Below are positions 20,689 through 31,530 of a stretch of 64,000 nt of DNA, piece after piece. Within the stretch, counting starts at the first letter, position 1, and the number at the start of each line of letters is the position of its first letter. A model generated the notes under the pieces. The model saw only the letters and a program-made list of their open reading frames with translations, did no database searches and was not told where the DNA came from. Location of the stretch: assembly GCA_963821525.1 (NCBI GenBank), contig CAWGED010000004.1:1-64000 (forward strand), written 5' to 3'. The position numbers and the translations under genes were made by a program. Origin of the DNA: an uncultured Gemmatimonadales bacterium. GTDB lineage: Bacteria; Gemmatimonadota; Gemmatimonadetes; Gemmatimonadales; GWC2-71-9.

Positions 20689-21747
20689 CTACTCATTAAA
20701 CGACCACCCAATCGCCAACGCCGTCGTCACATCGTTCTTAGCCGCACCCGACTCCGGCGGATCGCTGTCGTAGGAATCGGAGAGTCGGACGCCGAGGAAG
20801 AAGTCGTGGAACAGCTCGTACTTGACCCTGAGCTCCACCTGGGCCCGGACTCGGCCCGCCTCGGTCAGGCTGGGGAAGACGTTGGCCAGGCCGGAGAAGT
20901 CGAGCTTGGGAGAGTCGAACCGGAAGGCGGCGACGTCGATGCCCAGCACCGCTTCCAGCGACGTGAGGCTCGAATCGCTGCTGTAGAATTTTTCCTGGTT
21001 GATCACCAGCCCGACCGGTATCCGGACCTCCTCCCGGTTGTTCTCGACCAGGGTGCGCATGGCCACCGCTCCCAGGGTGGTCCGAAGGGCCAGGTTCAGC
21101 TCGTCGTTCTGCTGCCACTGGGCCGACACACCCGCGCTCCAGCGCAGGCTCAGATCCCGCTGGGCCCCGATGCTCACGTTGTGCTCGGTCACCTGGTCCG
21201 AGCCGGTCTGGTCCTGCAGATAGGTGCTGAACTGGAGTTGGGTATCGATCTTAGGCCCCCGGTACCTGACCCCGCCTGCCGAGCTGAGCTGCACGTTGCC
21301 ATTCACCTTGGCGTAGGTGAGTCCCAGATCGACGCTGCCGCTGAACCGGTGCCAGAACTTCTGGTTGACCGGAGCAATGCCGACCACCTCCCCGACCGGC
21401 ACCGTGTTGAGCGCGGCACCGGAGATGGCCAGGGTCCCGTCCTGGCCGCCCTCGACCAGGGAGCCGAAGAATTTCTGCCCCGACTTGAGTGTCACTTCGA
21501 AGGTCTGGTTGCTGCTGAGCCGAACGACCTTGATCCACTCGATCGAAAGCCGCCCCATGTCGTCGGTGGAGTAGTCGAGCGTGCCGTGCGACAGGTCCTT
21601 CACCTCTCCGGTGATCCGGTTCCCGTTCGTCATCACCACGACGTCGGTCTTCTGAGCCTGAAGGGGTGCCATGGCACCCATAAGGGCGAGGGCAAAGGCG
21701 CCGCATGCCGCGGCGCTCAGGGCGCTCGCCATGCGCGAGGTTCCCAT
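20689..21747 (-). CDS. DUF481-like outer-membrane beta-barrel protein
   Basis: Signal peptide, DVVVMTNGNRITGEVK, amphipathic strands, ends IGWSF(NE). Confidence 0.8.
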   Translation of the reverse strand: MGTSRMASALSAAACGAFALALMGAMAPLQAQKTDVVVMTNGNRITGEVKDLSHGTLDYSTDDMGRLSIEWIKVVRLSSNQTFEVTLKSGQKFFGSLVEGGQDGTLAISGAALNTVPVGEVVGIAPVNQKFWHRFSGSVDLGLTYAKVNGNVQLSSAGGVRYRGPKIDTQLQFSTYLQDQTGSDQVTEHNVSIGAQRDLSLRWSAGVSAQWQQNDELNLALRTTLGAVAMRTLVENNREEVRIPVGLVINQEKFYSSDSSLTSLEAVLGIDVAAFRFDSPKLDFSGLANVFPSLTEAGRVRAQVELRVKYELFHDFFLGVRLSDSYDSDPPESGAAKNDVTTALAIGWSFNE

Positions 21748-21988
21748 ATGAGCGAGGGTGTAGGTGGGCCTAGCTTAACCTGATTCTGGGGAGACGGAAG
21801 ACGGGGAACCGGAAAAGCGTGAGAAGTAAGAAGTGAGAGGTGAGAGGGCTTCTGTCATTGCGAGGCCCCGAAGGGGCCGTGGCAATCTCATCCGCTGTCC
21901 CTTTCTCGGACGACGGAGATGGGAGACCCACTTGATGCCGCCTTGACTCCGACCCGGCAGGTTCCGACTCCCATCTTGGAGGTGGAAC

Positions 21989-22396
21989 ATGCCGGTCGAG
22001 CGGAAGAACGAGCGGGCCAAGGCATTACGGCTCAGGACGGGAGTCATCACGCTGCTTGCAGCCATCAACTTTGCCTGTTCCTCGTGGCAAACAGTCACGC
22101 CAAGCCCGGAAGCGTACCTGAGTGCCAAGTCGCCGGAGGAGATCCGGGTCACGCGACTGGACAGTTCCAGGGTCGTAGTCCGGGCGCCCAAGCTGCAATC
22201 CGACAGCATCGTCGGCACGACCGGCGGGGGGCTCAAGGCCGACGATCCCTTGAGGTCCGTGGGGGTGCCACTACCCGACGTGGCAAAGATCGAGTCCCGT
22301 CACACCGACACCGGAATGGTGCTCGGCGTGGTGGGCATCGCGATGCTCGTGGGATTTGTGGCGTTCCAGAGCTCGGGCGGGGTCATGGGGGAGTGA
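21989..22396 (+). CDS. Hypothetical lipoprotein
   Basis: GGAGG RBS, lipobox-like NFAC, C-terminal hydrophobic helix. Confidence 0.65.
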   Translation: MPVERKNERAKALRLRTGVITLLAAINFACSSWQTVTPSPEAYLSAKSPEEIRVTRLDSSRVVVRAPKLQSDSIVGTTGGGLKADDPLRSVGVPLPDVAKIESRHTDTGMVLGVVGIAMLVGFVAFQSSGGVMGE

Positions 22397-22679
22397 GCGG
22401 TTGGGGAGACGGGGGAGAGGAAAAGCGTGAGAAGTAAGAAGTGAGAAGTGAGAAGGAAAAGCATGAAGGCCGCCAATTCGGCAAACCCCTTCTCACCTCT
22501 CACGTCTCACTTCTCACGTTTGTCGCTTCTCATATCTCACTTCTTACCTCTCACGGTTTTCCGCGTGCTCCGCGTGTTTCAGCGTGCTTCCGCGGTAAGC
22601 AGTTTCCCCACCTGTCGCGATGTCGTCGGAAGGTCGCTCAACATCTCACCGTAATCCGAACCACCTATAGTTCTTCTCC

Positions 22680-23705
22680 ATGACCAAACTCTCCTGCAGT
22701 CTCTTCTGCGCCGCCCTGCTGCTCGGCGCCCTGTCCCTCCCGCTGCACGCCCAATCCTACCACATCGCCAAGACCGTTCCGCTGGTCGGGGATGGCGGCT
22801 GGGACTACCTGACCTTCGACAGCACCGCGCACCGGCTGTTCATCGCACACTCGACCCAGGTGCTGGTGGTCGATGCCGAGAGCGGCTCCCTGCTCGGCCA
22901 GGTCCCGGGTCTCAATGGGGCCCATGGCGTGGCACTCGCCCTGGCGGAGGGACACGGCTTCGCCTCCTCGGGGCGCGACAGCAGCGTCACCATGTTCGAC
23001 CTCAAGACCTACAAGGTGCTGAAGAAGACCACGGCCGCCGATGACGCGGACGCCATTCTCTACGACCCGGCGACACACCGCGTCTTCAGCTTCAATGGCG
23101 ACGCCAATTCCTCGAGCGTGATAGATCCCCAGTCGGGAGTCGTCATCGGCAACATCGACCTGGGTGGGAAGCCTGAGTTCGGGGTTTCCGCGTGGGACGG
23201 CACGCTGTTCGTGAACCTGGAAGACAAGGCAGAGATCGTCCAGATCGACGCTAAGGCGATGACCGTCACCCGCCGCTGGCCCATCGCTCCGTGTGAGGAG
23301 CCAACCGGTCTCGCGATTGACCGGGAACACCACCGGCTCTTCAGCGGGTGCAGCAACCAGGTCATGGCGATCTCCGACGCCACGAACGGCCGGCTCATCA
23401 CGACTCTGCCGATCGGCAAGGGGGTAGACGGCTGCGCCTTCGATCCCGGAACCAATCTCGCCTTCTCGTCGAACGGTGAGGGCTCGCTGACCGTGATTCA
23501 CGAAGACAGTCCCGATTCCTTCCACGTCGCCGCGACCGTCCCCACCAAGCGCGGTGCGCGCACCATGACGGTGGACCCGAAGACTCATCGCGTCTTCACC
23601 GCGAGCGCCGACTACGGTGCCACACCCACCGCGACACCGGAGAATCCGCGGCCGCGGCCGGCCATTGTGCCCGGCACCTTCGTCCTCCTCGTGCTGGAGC
23701 CGTGA
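22680..23705 (+). CDS. YncE/YVTN-type beta-propeller protein
   Basis: Signal peptide, GGWDYLTFD, repeated propeller blades, GARTMTVDPKTH. Confidence 0.88.
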   Translation: MTKLSCSLFCAALLLGALSLPLHAQSYHIAKTVPLVGDGGWDYLTFDSTAHRLFIAHSTQVLVVDAESGSLLGQVPGLNGAHGVALALAEGHGFASSGRDSSVTMFDLKTYKVLKKTTAADDADAILYDPATHRVFSFNGDANSSSVIDPQSGVVIGNIDLGGKPEFGVSAWDGTLFVNLEDKAEIVQIDAKAMTVTRRWPIAPCEEPTGLAIDREHHRLFSGCSNQVMAISDATNGRLITTLPIGKGVDGCAFDPGTNLAFSSNGEGSLTVIHEDSPDSFHVAATVPTKRGARTMTVDPKTHRVFTASADYGATPTATPENPRPRPAIVPGTFVLLVLEP

Positions 23706-23785
23706 ACAGTGGACACTGAACACACTGAACAGTGAACGGTGAACGGGAGAACGGGAGAACGGGGAACGGCGCGGAGGGAGAGCCA

Positions 23786-23885
23786 CACCTCATCCCGAGA
23801 AGCGCAGCGACGAGGGACCTTATCCCCTTACCCTGACGTCTCCGGGTATGGAGACCAGATCCCTCGCTCCGCTCGGGATGAGGTG
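23786..23885. repeat. REP-like palindrome
   Basis: CACCTCATCCCGAG...CGAGGGA...TCCCTCG...CTCGGGATGAGGTG. Confidence 0.75.
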
Positions 23886-24090
23886 TTGCTGAATTCGATG
23901 CGGCGGCCTGATCACCGTTCAGCTTGACCGTCGCCCCGTCGCCTTGTCGCCGCCCCCCTACTCGCCACCACCTACTCCCTACTCCCCGACACCTAACCCC
24001 AACGTCCACCACAACTTACAACCACCCTACAATCCCACCACCCAGCCCCCCATATTTCCGCCCCCTTCCTTATATAGGGAGCAGTTCTCC

Positions 24091-25300
24091 ATGAAGACCC
24101 AGGGGCACCAGCAGGACGTGCTCTTCCTATCCGGAACCCGGACCGGGTTCGGATCGTTTGGCGGCACCCTCAAAGACCTCTCCGCCATCGACCTCGGCGT
24201 CGTCGCCGCGAAGGCGGCACTCGAGCGGGCCAAGGTCGAACCAGGCCACGGTCGATCATGTCGTCTTCGGCAACGCGCTGCAGACCAGCGCCGACGCCAT
24301 CTACCTGGCCCGCCACGTCGCTCTCAAGTCGGGCCTCCCCATCGAGACTCCCGCGGTCACCGTCAACCGGCTCTGCGGCTCCGGTTTCGAGTCCATCATC
24401 CAGGGCGCGCAGCAGATCCTGCTCGGCGAGTCGAACATCGTGCTGGCCGGCGGCGCCGAGTCGATGAGCCAGGCGCCGCACGTGGTGCGCGGGGCGCGCT
24501 GGGGGCTCCGGCTCGGCCCGGCGCCGCCGTTCGAGGACTTGCTCTGGGAATCGCTCAAGGATCCGCAGTGCGGCTTCTCCATGGCGGAGACCGCGGAGAA
24601 CCTCGCCGACAAGTACAAGATTGCCCGCGACGGAGGTGGACGCCTACGCGCTCACGAGCCAGCATCGCGCCAAGGAGGCGTGGGACCAGCTGCGCCTTCA
24701 AGGACGAAGTGGTGCCGGTCACGATCCGGAACCGGAAGACCAGGCAGGACGAGCCGTGGACCGCGGACGAGCACATGCGCCCCGACACCACCGCCGAGGG
24801 TCTGGCCAAGCTGCCGCCCTACTTCAAGAAGGACGGCGTGGTGACGGCGGGAATGCCTCCGGCATCTGCGACGGCGCCGCCGCGGTGGTGATCGCCGGCG
24901 AGGCGACCGTCGCCGCGAAGAAGCTCAAGCCGATCGGACGCCTGGTTGCCTGGGGCATCGCGGGCGTCGAGCCCAAGTACATGGGCATCGGCCCGGCTCC
25001 CGCCGCGCGGAAGGCACTCGCCAAGGCCGGGATGACGCTCGACCAGATGGATCTCGTCGAGGTGAACGAGGCGTTCTCGCGCGCAGTACCTGGCGGTCGA
25101 GAAGGAGCTGGGCCTCGACCGGAACCGCACCAACGTGGACGGCGGCGCCATCGCCATCGGCCATCCGCTCGCCGCCAGCGGCACCCGGATCACCCTGCAC
25201 CTGCTCCACGCGCTCCGGCCGCCGCGGCAAGCGGTTCGGCCTGGGCAGCGCCTGCATCGGCGGCGGCCAGGGGGCGGCGGTGATCGTCGAGGCCATTTCA
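24091..25300 (+). CDS. Thiolase (acetyl-CoA C-acyltransferase), frameshifted; 3' end approximate
   Basis: [49 protein letters not shown]. Confidence 0.93.
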
Positions 25301-25386
25301 GATGGACGATCTCAGACTGCAGATCTGGTGCAGCCAGTAGGAATCTTCGATCTGGAATCTTAGGTCGTTCACGCTTGCAGTCAGCC

Positions 25387-26288
25387 ATGGAAATTCTACC
25401 GGCATTGGCCATCCTCGCCGTCGCGTACTGCCTCGGCAGCCTTCGGGTGCTCAAGCAGTACGAGCGTGGGGTGACCTTCTTCCTCGGCAAGTTCACTGGG
25501 GCACCAAGGGACCGGGCCTCATCTTCGTGCCGCTGGGGCTGGCCCAAATGAAGCGGGTGTCGCTCCGTATCGTGGCGCTCGACATTCCGCCGCAGGACGT
25601 GATCACCCGGGACAACGTCTCGGTCAAGGTGAACGCGGTCCTGTACATGAAGGTGAACTCCCCGCGCAGCGCCATCATCGAGATCGAGAACTATCTCTAC
25701 GCCACGAGCCAGCTGGCCCAGACGACGCTGCGGGCGGTGCTGGGCGAGACCGAGCTCGACGAGCTGCTGGCCGACCGCGAAAAGATCAACGCCATCCTCA
25801 AGAAGATCATCGACGAGCGGACCGACGCCTGGGGCATCACGGTATCGGCGGTCGAGGTGAAGGACGTGGATCTTCCCACCGAGATGAAGCGCGCGATGGC
25901 CCGGCAGGCGGAGGCGGAGCGGGAACGGCGGGCCAAGGTGATCGCCGCTCAGGGCGAGTTGCAGGCCTCGCAGACGCTGGCGGATGCGGCCCACACCCTC
26001 GCCACGGAGCCGGCCGCCATCCAGCTCCGCTACCTCCAGACTGTCATCGAGATCGCGGCGGAGAACAACTCCACGACACTCTTCCCCATTCCGATCGAGA
26101 TGTTCCGCCCCTTCCTGCAGATGGCGGGAGCCTGCAGATCGGCCTGGCGAGGCAGCCGCGCTGCCGCTGCCTCAGATAACCGCCGCACTTCCGTCGGGCG
26201 AAAGCGCCATGCCGGCCAGGGAGCTGGCCGACATGATAGCGAAGCTGCGGGTGGAGGCCGGCCAAAAGGGCGAAAGCCCGCCGGCTGA
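25387..26288 (+). CDS. SPFH/stomatin (slipin) family protein, frameshifted
   Basis: [60 protein letters not shown]. Confidence 0.92.
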
Positions 26289-26301
26289 TCTCTCGTCCGA
26301 C

Positions 26302-27135
26302 ATGGCCGACTCTCCAATCGGGAAGATCGACCGCGCCGCACTCGAGCGGATCATGCAGCGTGCCGCCGAGCTGCAGACCGGGGAGCGCGACATCGGCGAA
26401 GGGCTGACTCCGGAAGAGGTGCTGGCGCTCGGCAAGGAAGTGGGGATACCCCCCGGTTACCTCCAGCAGGCGATGCTCGAGGAGCGTTCCCGCATCGATC
26501 CGGCCCGGGGCCACGGTTTTCTCGATCGCGCGGTAGGACCGGCGGTTTGCTCGGCGCAACGGGTGGTGCGGGGAACGCCGGAAGAGGTCGAGGAGAGGCT
26601 GCTCCGCTGGATCGACGACAACGAGCTGTTCACCATCCAGCGGCAGCAACCGGGACGCATCTCCTGGGAGCCGCTCCGCGGAATGCAGGTGGCGTTCCGC
26701 AAGTCGGCCGCCGTGCTGGGCAGCACCAAGCGCCCCTTCATGCTGTCCCGCGCCGGTACGCTCAACGCGACCATCACGGCACTGGAGCCCGGGTTCTGTC
26801 ACGTCTCATTCAGCGCGGACCTTCACCCCGTCCGCGGCGCATTCCTCGGCGGATGGGCAGGGCTCAGTGGAGCGGGTGTACTCGCCTCGGGGATTCTGGC
26901 GATCATGACGCCGTTCTTGTGGATCGCCTTGGTACCGATTCCGGTATTTCTGGGAGCCGGCGTCGGAGTCCTTCGCCAGTTCTCGCCGGTCGCGGAGCGG
27001 GTGCAACTGGGCCTGGAGCGGGCGCTCGACCATCTTGAGCGGGGCGAGGTCAAACCGACCCACGCCATGCCCAGCACGACCGCGAGCCTGGTGGGGACGG
27101 TGATTCAGGAGGTACGGAAGGCGTTGAAGCCGTAA
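26302..27135 (+). CDS. Hypothetical membrane protein
   Basis: ERIMQRAAELQ...EVLALGKEVGIP N-terminus, two hydrophobic helices, co-oriented with neighbours. Confidence 0.75.
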   Translation: MADSPIGKIDRAALERIMQRAAELQTGERDIGEGLTPEEVLALGKEVGIPPGYLQQAMLEERSRIDPARGHGFLDRAVGPAVCSAQRVVRGTPEEVEERLLRWIDDNELFTIQRQQPGRISWEPLRGMQVAFRKSAAVLGSTKRPFMLSRAGTLNATITALEPGFCHVSFSADLHPVRGAFLGGWAGLSGAGVLASGILAIMTPFLWIALVPIPVFLGAGVGVLRQFSPVAERVQLGLERALDHLERGEVKPTHAMPSTTASLVGTVIQEVRKALKP

Positions 27136-27248
27136 GGTCGTGAGTCATTGGGTCGTGAGTCTTAAGACCTCAAGACCCACGACTCACGACTCACGACTCA
27201 TCAGACTCACAGACTCATAGACTCACGACCATCTACCCCTCAACCACC

Positions 27249-28138
27249 ATGCCCGAAATCAAACACGTCGGCGTCCTCGGCTGCGGCCTCATGGGGAGCG
27301 GCATCGCGCAGGTCGCGGCCGCGCGCAGGCTACTCGACCACCGTCCGCGAGGTGTCTTCGACGCCTGCTGGACAAGGGCAAGGCCGGCATCGTCAAATCG
27401 CTCGACAAGTTCGTCGAGAAGGGGAAACTCTCCCAGGCCGACCGCGACGTCACCCTCAAGCGGCTCGACTTCACGACGGAGCTGTCCTCGCTCCGGAGCT
27501 GCGACATCGTCATCGAGGCGGTCACCGAGGATCTCGAGCTCAAGAACGGGCTGTGGAAGGAGCTGGATGGGATGTGCCCCAGCCACACCATCTTCGCCTC
27601 CAACACCTCGAGTCTCACCATCGCGGCCATGGCGGCCGCCACCAAGCGGGCCGACCGGTTCGTGGGATTGCACTTCTTCAATCCGGTCCCGCTGATGCCG
27701 CTGGTGGAGGTGGTGCGCACCGTAACCACCAGCCAGGAAGCCTTCGACCGCGCCTTTGCCTTCGCCAGGAGCCTGGGCAAGGAGGCCGTCTCGGCCAAGG
27801 ACAACTCCGGATTCATCGTCAACCTGCTGCTGGTTCCCTACCTGCTCGACGCGATCCGCGCTCTCGAGCACGGGGTGGCGAACACGGTGGACATCGACAA
27901 TGCCATGAAGCTCGGCTGCGGCTACCCGATGGGCCCGCTCACGCTGCTCGACTTCGTCGGCAACGATACGACCTACAAGATCGCCGAGATCATGTTCGCC
28001 GAGTACCGGGAGCAGCGCTACGCGCCTCCGCCGTTGCTCAAGCGGATGGTGCTGGCGGGGCTGTACGGGCGGAAGAGCGGCAAGGGCTTCTACGACTATA
28101 GTCAGAATCCTCCAGTGCCAGTTGATTTAGGGGTGTGA
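27249..28138 (+). CDS. hbd: 3-hydroxybutyryl/3-hydroxyacyl-CoA dehydrogenase, frameshifted
   Basis: GCGLMGSGIA, FASNTSSL, GLHFFNPVP, GFIVN, GYPMGPLTLLDFVG, GRKSGKGFYDY. Confidence 0.9.
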
Positions 28139-28286
28139 ATGGGTGGTGGGAGTAGGGAGTAGGGTGTAGGGAGTAGAAGTAGCGTTGTAGGAACAAGGCG
28201 ACTGTACTCGGAACTCGGAACTGAGACTCTCAGTCCTCAGTCCCCAGTCCTTTCCACTCGTAACTGACAAGGAACGCGGGGTACGC

Positions 28287-28881
28287 ATGCTTCTTCTCCA
28301 CGGCGACGGCGGCGGCGGTTTCCTCGGCTACGACCTGCCCCGGCTCCACGCGGCGCTCAACGATTTCCCGGTCGGCGCTGCTCGTGGCGGCGGTGGTCTT
28401 CGAGATCCTCTTTCTACTGACCAAGCGGGACTCGCTCCGGATCGCGGCCTACTGGACGCTCATGGCCGGCGTGATTGGAGCGGGCTTGGCCGTGCTGAGC
28501 GGCCTGGGGGCTGAAGACAGGATCGCCCACGGCGAGGCGGTGCACGAAATCATGGAGGAGCACGAGGAGCTGGCATTCATTACGACGGGGATCTTTGCGG
28601 TGGTCGCGCTCTGGCGGCTCTGGAGGGAGCGAGTCATGAGCCGAGGAGAGCGGATGGCGGCGTTGTGTCTCGCCCTGATAGGATCGGGCTTCCTGGTTTC
28701 GACCGGCCAGCATGGGGGAGAGATGGTGTTCGACCACGCGGCGGGCATCAAGACCCCCGCGCTCGAGGAGGAGATCAAGTCCCGCGCAATGGGGCACAAG
28801 CATGAAGAAGGCGACGAGGACGATGACGACCACGACCATCCGGCACCCGACTCGGTCACCGGGCCGGCCCCATCTCAATGA
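28287..28881 (+). CDS. DUF2231-like membrane protein with His/Asp-rich tail (frameshift near 28380)
   Basis: LHAALNDFPV, hydrophobic helices, TGQHGGEMVFDH, HKHEEGDEDDDDHDH. Confidence 0.75.
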
Positions 28882-29470
28882 CTAAGGCCGGGTGGTCCCT
28901 CGCTCTCGGGAGCCAGGTCCTTCTGGCTCTCGGCTGCCATCCCAACACCACCCGTCCGACCTTTCCTCCTCTCCCCGGTGCCCCCTTTGCCGAGTTGACC
29001 CTCACGGTACCGCGGGCCACCGGCATTGTGGCCGACGCCATGCGACAGGACAGCCTGCCGGTCTCCATTGTCCAGCCGCGCGATGGCCTGATCGAGACTC
29101 CCTGGTTCGACGCCAAGACCTTCGCCGAGACCGATGCTCGACGCCTGGGGCCCGACGTAGTCCAGGTGCGAGCCTGGTTGGATCCCACCAAGCCGGGTTC
29201 GAGCCGGGTAACTATGGAAACGGTGTACCGTCCGCTGGCCGACCCTTCCCTGCCCGATCGTGAGCTGGACCGGCTGGTGCCTTCAGATCATCCGGTCGGG
29301 AAGCGGGTGGGAGACTTGATCACCGCGCTGGCGCGAGTCTACGGGCCCCAGCTGTCCGACTCGACCAGGGAAACTCCCTTCGGCATTCCGGGGGCGGACT
29401 CCCTGGCAGACAGCATTCCATTCGTGCTGCCGAAGCCGGATTCGGGAGAGACAGTACTTAGCCGTCAGCC
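28878..29470 (+). CDS. Hypothetical lipoprotein (3' end uncertain, ORF runs into a repeat)
   Basis: Lipobox ALGC, overlapping ATGA junction with the upstream gene. Confidence 0.65.
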
Positions 29471-29508
29471 GTCAGTCAACCAGCAGCCATCAGCCGTCAA
29501 CAATCCCA

Positions 29509-29925
29509 ATGACCGCACCGCTGTCTTGGACATCGCGACGCACCGGACGCGCCCTTGCCGGACTTGCCGCGCTGATCAGCTTCGGCATCGCGATCTATAC
29601 CGCCATCTCACAGGTCGACCGGGTCCTCCACATCTATGATGGCCTCTGGATGCTCGCCGGGGCCACGGTCGCGCTCGTGCTCTGCGTTCCCCTGGTCTGG
29701 TCCTGGCCGCGGGATAAAGCCATCGCTCTACTAGCACTGGTGACCGTTATCGCGTCCTGGGCACCGTTGGTCGCTCTGGCACTCCGGGCCAGGATTCCAG
29801 TACTCGCGCGACTCAAGGGCGCAGTGTTCTTCAGCAGCGCAGACGTGGTTGGAGTGGCGCTGCCGGTGGGAGTGGTGTGTCTGTATCTGGCGGTGAAGGA
29901 GTATCGGGTGGGAGGTGAGGCGTAG
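29509..29925 (+). CDS. Hypothetical membrane protein
   Basis: Four hydrophobic segments. Confidence 0.65.
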   Translation: MTAPLSWTSRRTGRALAGLAALISFGIAIYTAISQVDRVLHIYDGLWMLAGATVALVLCVPLVWSWPRDKAIALLALVTVIASWAPLVALALRARIPVLARLKGAVFFSSADVVGVALPVGVVCLYLAVKEYRVGGEA

Positions 29926-29990
29926 GACGTGAGACGTGAGACGTGAGACGTGAGACTTGGTACTCGGTACTCGGTACTCGGTACTTTTCG

Positions 29991-30545
29991 CTACTGTCCC
30001 AACAGGTCAGCCGGAATCGCATTTCCCGCCCGTTCATCATCCCACATCACCGACGCGACCCAGTAACGCTTCCCATCCCAGTAGATCTGGAGGCTGTTGA
30101 CGCCACGCCCGAAGACCGGTCCGTCGGCCTTGGCGCGCATTTCGTATGAGCTCAGGATATGGGTGATGTTTCCGAAAGTCTTAGTAACCCGGTGAATCTC
30201 GCTTTCGAAGAATCCGTTCTTGACCATCCCCGCGTCCGCCGCGTCTACAAACTCCTGATGAGTCATCACGTGAGCCGTCGTCTTGCCGGCACGGTCAGCG
30301 CTGGTCTCGACGAAGCGGATGTCCGGCAGGTAGAGAGTGCGATCACGTCCCCAGTCTCGTGGTGCTCCCGCCGGGCCGGAAATCACCTCGTAGAATGCTT
30401 TCATGATGCCATCCAAAGAGCTCACGTCCTGCGCCCGCGGTGCCTGGGTGGGAACCTGCACATGCTGCTGGGCCAAGAGCGAGGAAATGGGAGCCGTCGC
30501 GATCGTGGCCAGCGCAAAGGCCGTTATCAGGGGCCGAAGCACCAT
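29991..30545 (-). CDS. Secreted NTF2-like protein
   Basis: Signal peptide; DVSSLDGIMKAFYEVISGP, FGNITHILSSYE, RGVNSLQI. Confidence 0.8.
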   Translation of the reverse strand: MVLRPLITAFALATIATAPISSLLAQQHVQVPTQAPRAQDVSSLDGIMKAFYEVISGPAGAPRDWGRDRTLYLPDIRFVETSADRAGKTTAHVMTHQEFVDAADAGMVKNGFFESEIHRVTKTFGNITHILSSYEMRAKADGPVFGRGVNSLQIYWDGKRYWVASVMWDDERAGNAIPADLLGQ

Positions 30546-30672
30546 GGGATGTCCAATGGAGAGGATTGGAACCAGACGGTGGGGTGTTCGCGGAGGTTTC
30601 GGTACGGATGAAGTCTTGAGTCTGAAGTCTTGAGTCTGAAGTCTGACGGCTGACTGGCTGGCGGCTGCCGGC

Positions 30673-31467
30673 TCACATCACATATGCCTTCACCCACGTC
30701 TCCAGCTTCTCGAGATCCAGCCCGGCATCCTTACAGGGACCCGATGGCAAGGTCATGGTGAGCCCCAGGACTGGGATCTTTCCGGCAACGTCGTGGAGGC
30801 CGCTTACCATGTCCCGCTCGCAGGCGACCGCCACGACCGCCTTGGGTCGCCGCTCGCGGATCACCCGCCGGGCGAGCTGCCCTCGGGTCGCCACGAAGAC
30901 TGGCACGTCGTACTTCCCCGCGATCGCGAGGACGCCATCCAGTGAGGCCTTGGAGAGGCAGCGAGGGATCAGCAGGAGCAGCTCACCCCGTCCCACTTTC
31001 CGGCCTCTCGCCTCAGCCATCTGATTGTAGACCTTCACGGCGGCGTTCTCCACCCAGTCCCGTTTCCCGAAACGGCCGGCGACTGCGGAGGTGAGACGCA
31101 TCAGCCGGAGCAGGGGCCCACGTTCGGCGAGTCGCTCGGGCAGCAAAGGCCGTCGCAGCGCGTGGGACAGGAGGACGAGACCCCACCAAACCCACAGCAG
31201 GATGGCTATTCCAGCCAGGCCCAGCCAGAGATACCGGGGCAATGGCGGATAAAGGAGTGCGATTCGGGGACCGACCAGGAAAAGCAGCGCGCTCGTTACC
31301 CCCAGCGCGAACACCAGCGCCACGGTAGACCAGGCGAGAAACAGCCAGGGCGGACTGTCGAAGTTGCCCTGATTGGGCAACGGCTTACCATCCCACTCGT
31401 CCCACTCATGGCCGAGCCGACGGTCTACCTCTATGTGGATCAGTTTGGCGCGCTGTACCTCGGGCAT
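30673..31467 (-). CDS. DUF116 domain membrane protein
   Basis: LLLIPRCL, VFVATRGQLARR, AVVAVACERDM, GPCKD. Confidence 0.85.
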   Translation of the reverse strand: MPEVQRAKLIHIEVDRRLGHEWDEWDGKPLPNQGNFDSPPWLFLAWSTVALVFALGVTSALLFLVGPRIALLYPPLPRYLWLGLAGIAILLWVWWGLVLLSHALRRPLLPERLAERGPLLRLMRLTSAVAGRFGKRDWVENAAVKVYNQMAEARGRKVGRGELLLLIPRCLSKASLDGVLAIAGKYDVPVFVATRGQLARRVIRERRPKAVVAVACERDMVSGLHDVAGKIPVLGLTMTLPSGPCKDAGLDLEKLETWVKAYVM

Positions 31468-31530
31468 GCGGGTAAGGCTTTCCCGCCGGCTATTGCTTGT
31501 CAAGGGACCGTAGCGACTTACGTTTCCGCG

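Noticed and set aside
25984..27135. Fusion of the SPFH tail with the downstream hypothetical protein
   Set aside because: Probably an artefact of frameshifts near 26130-26290; a separate ATG exists at 26302.
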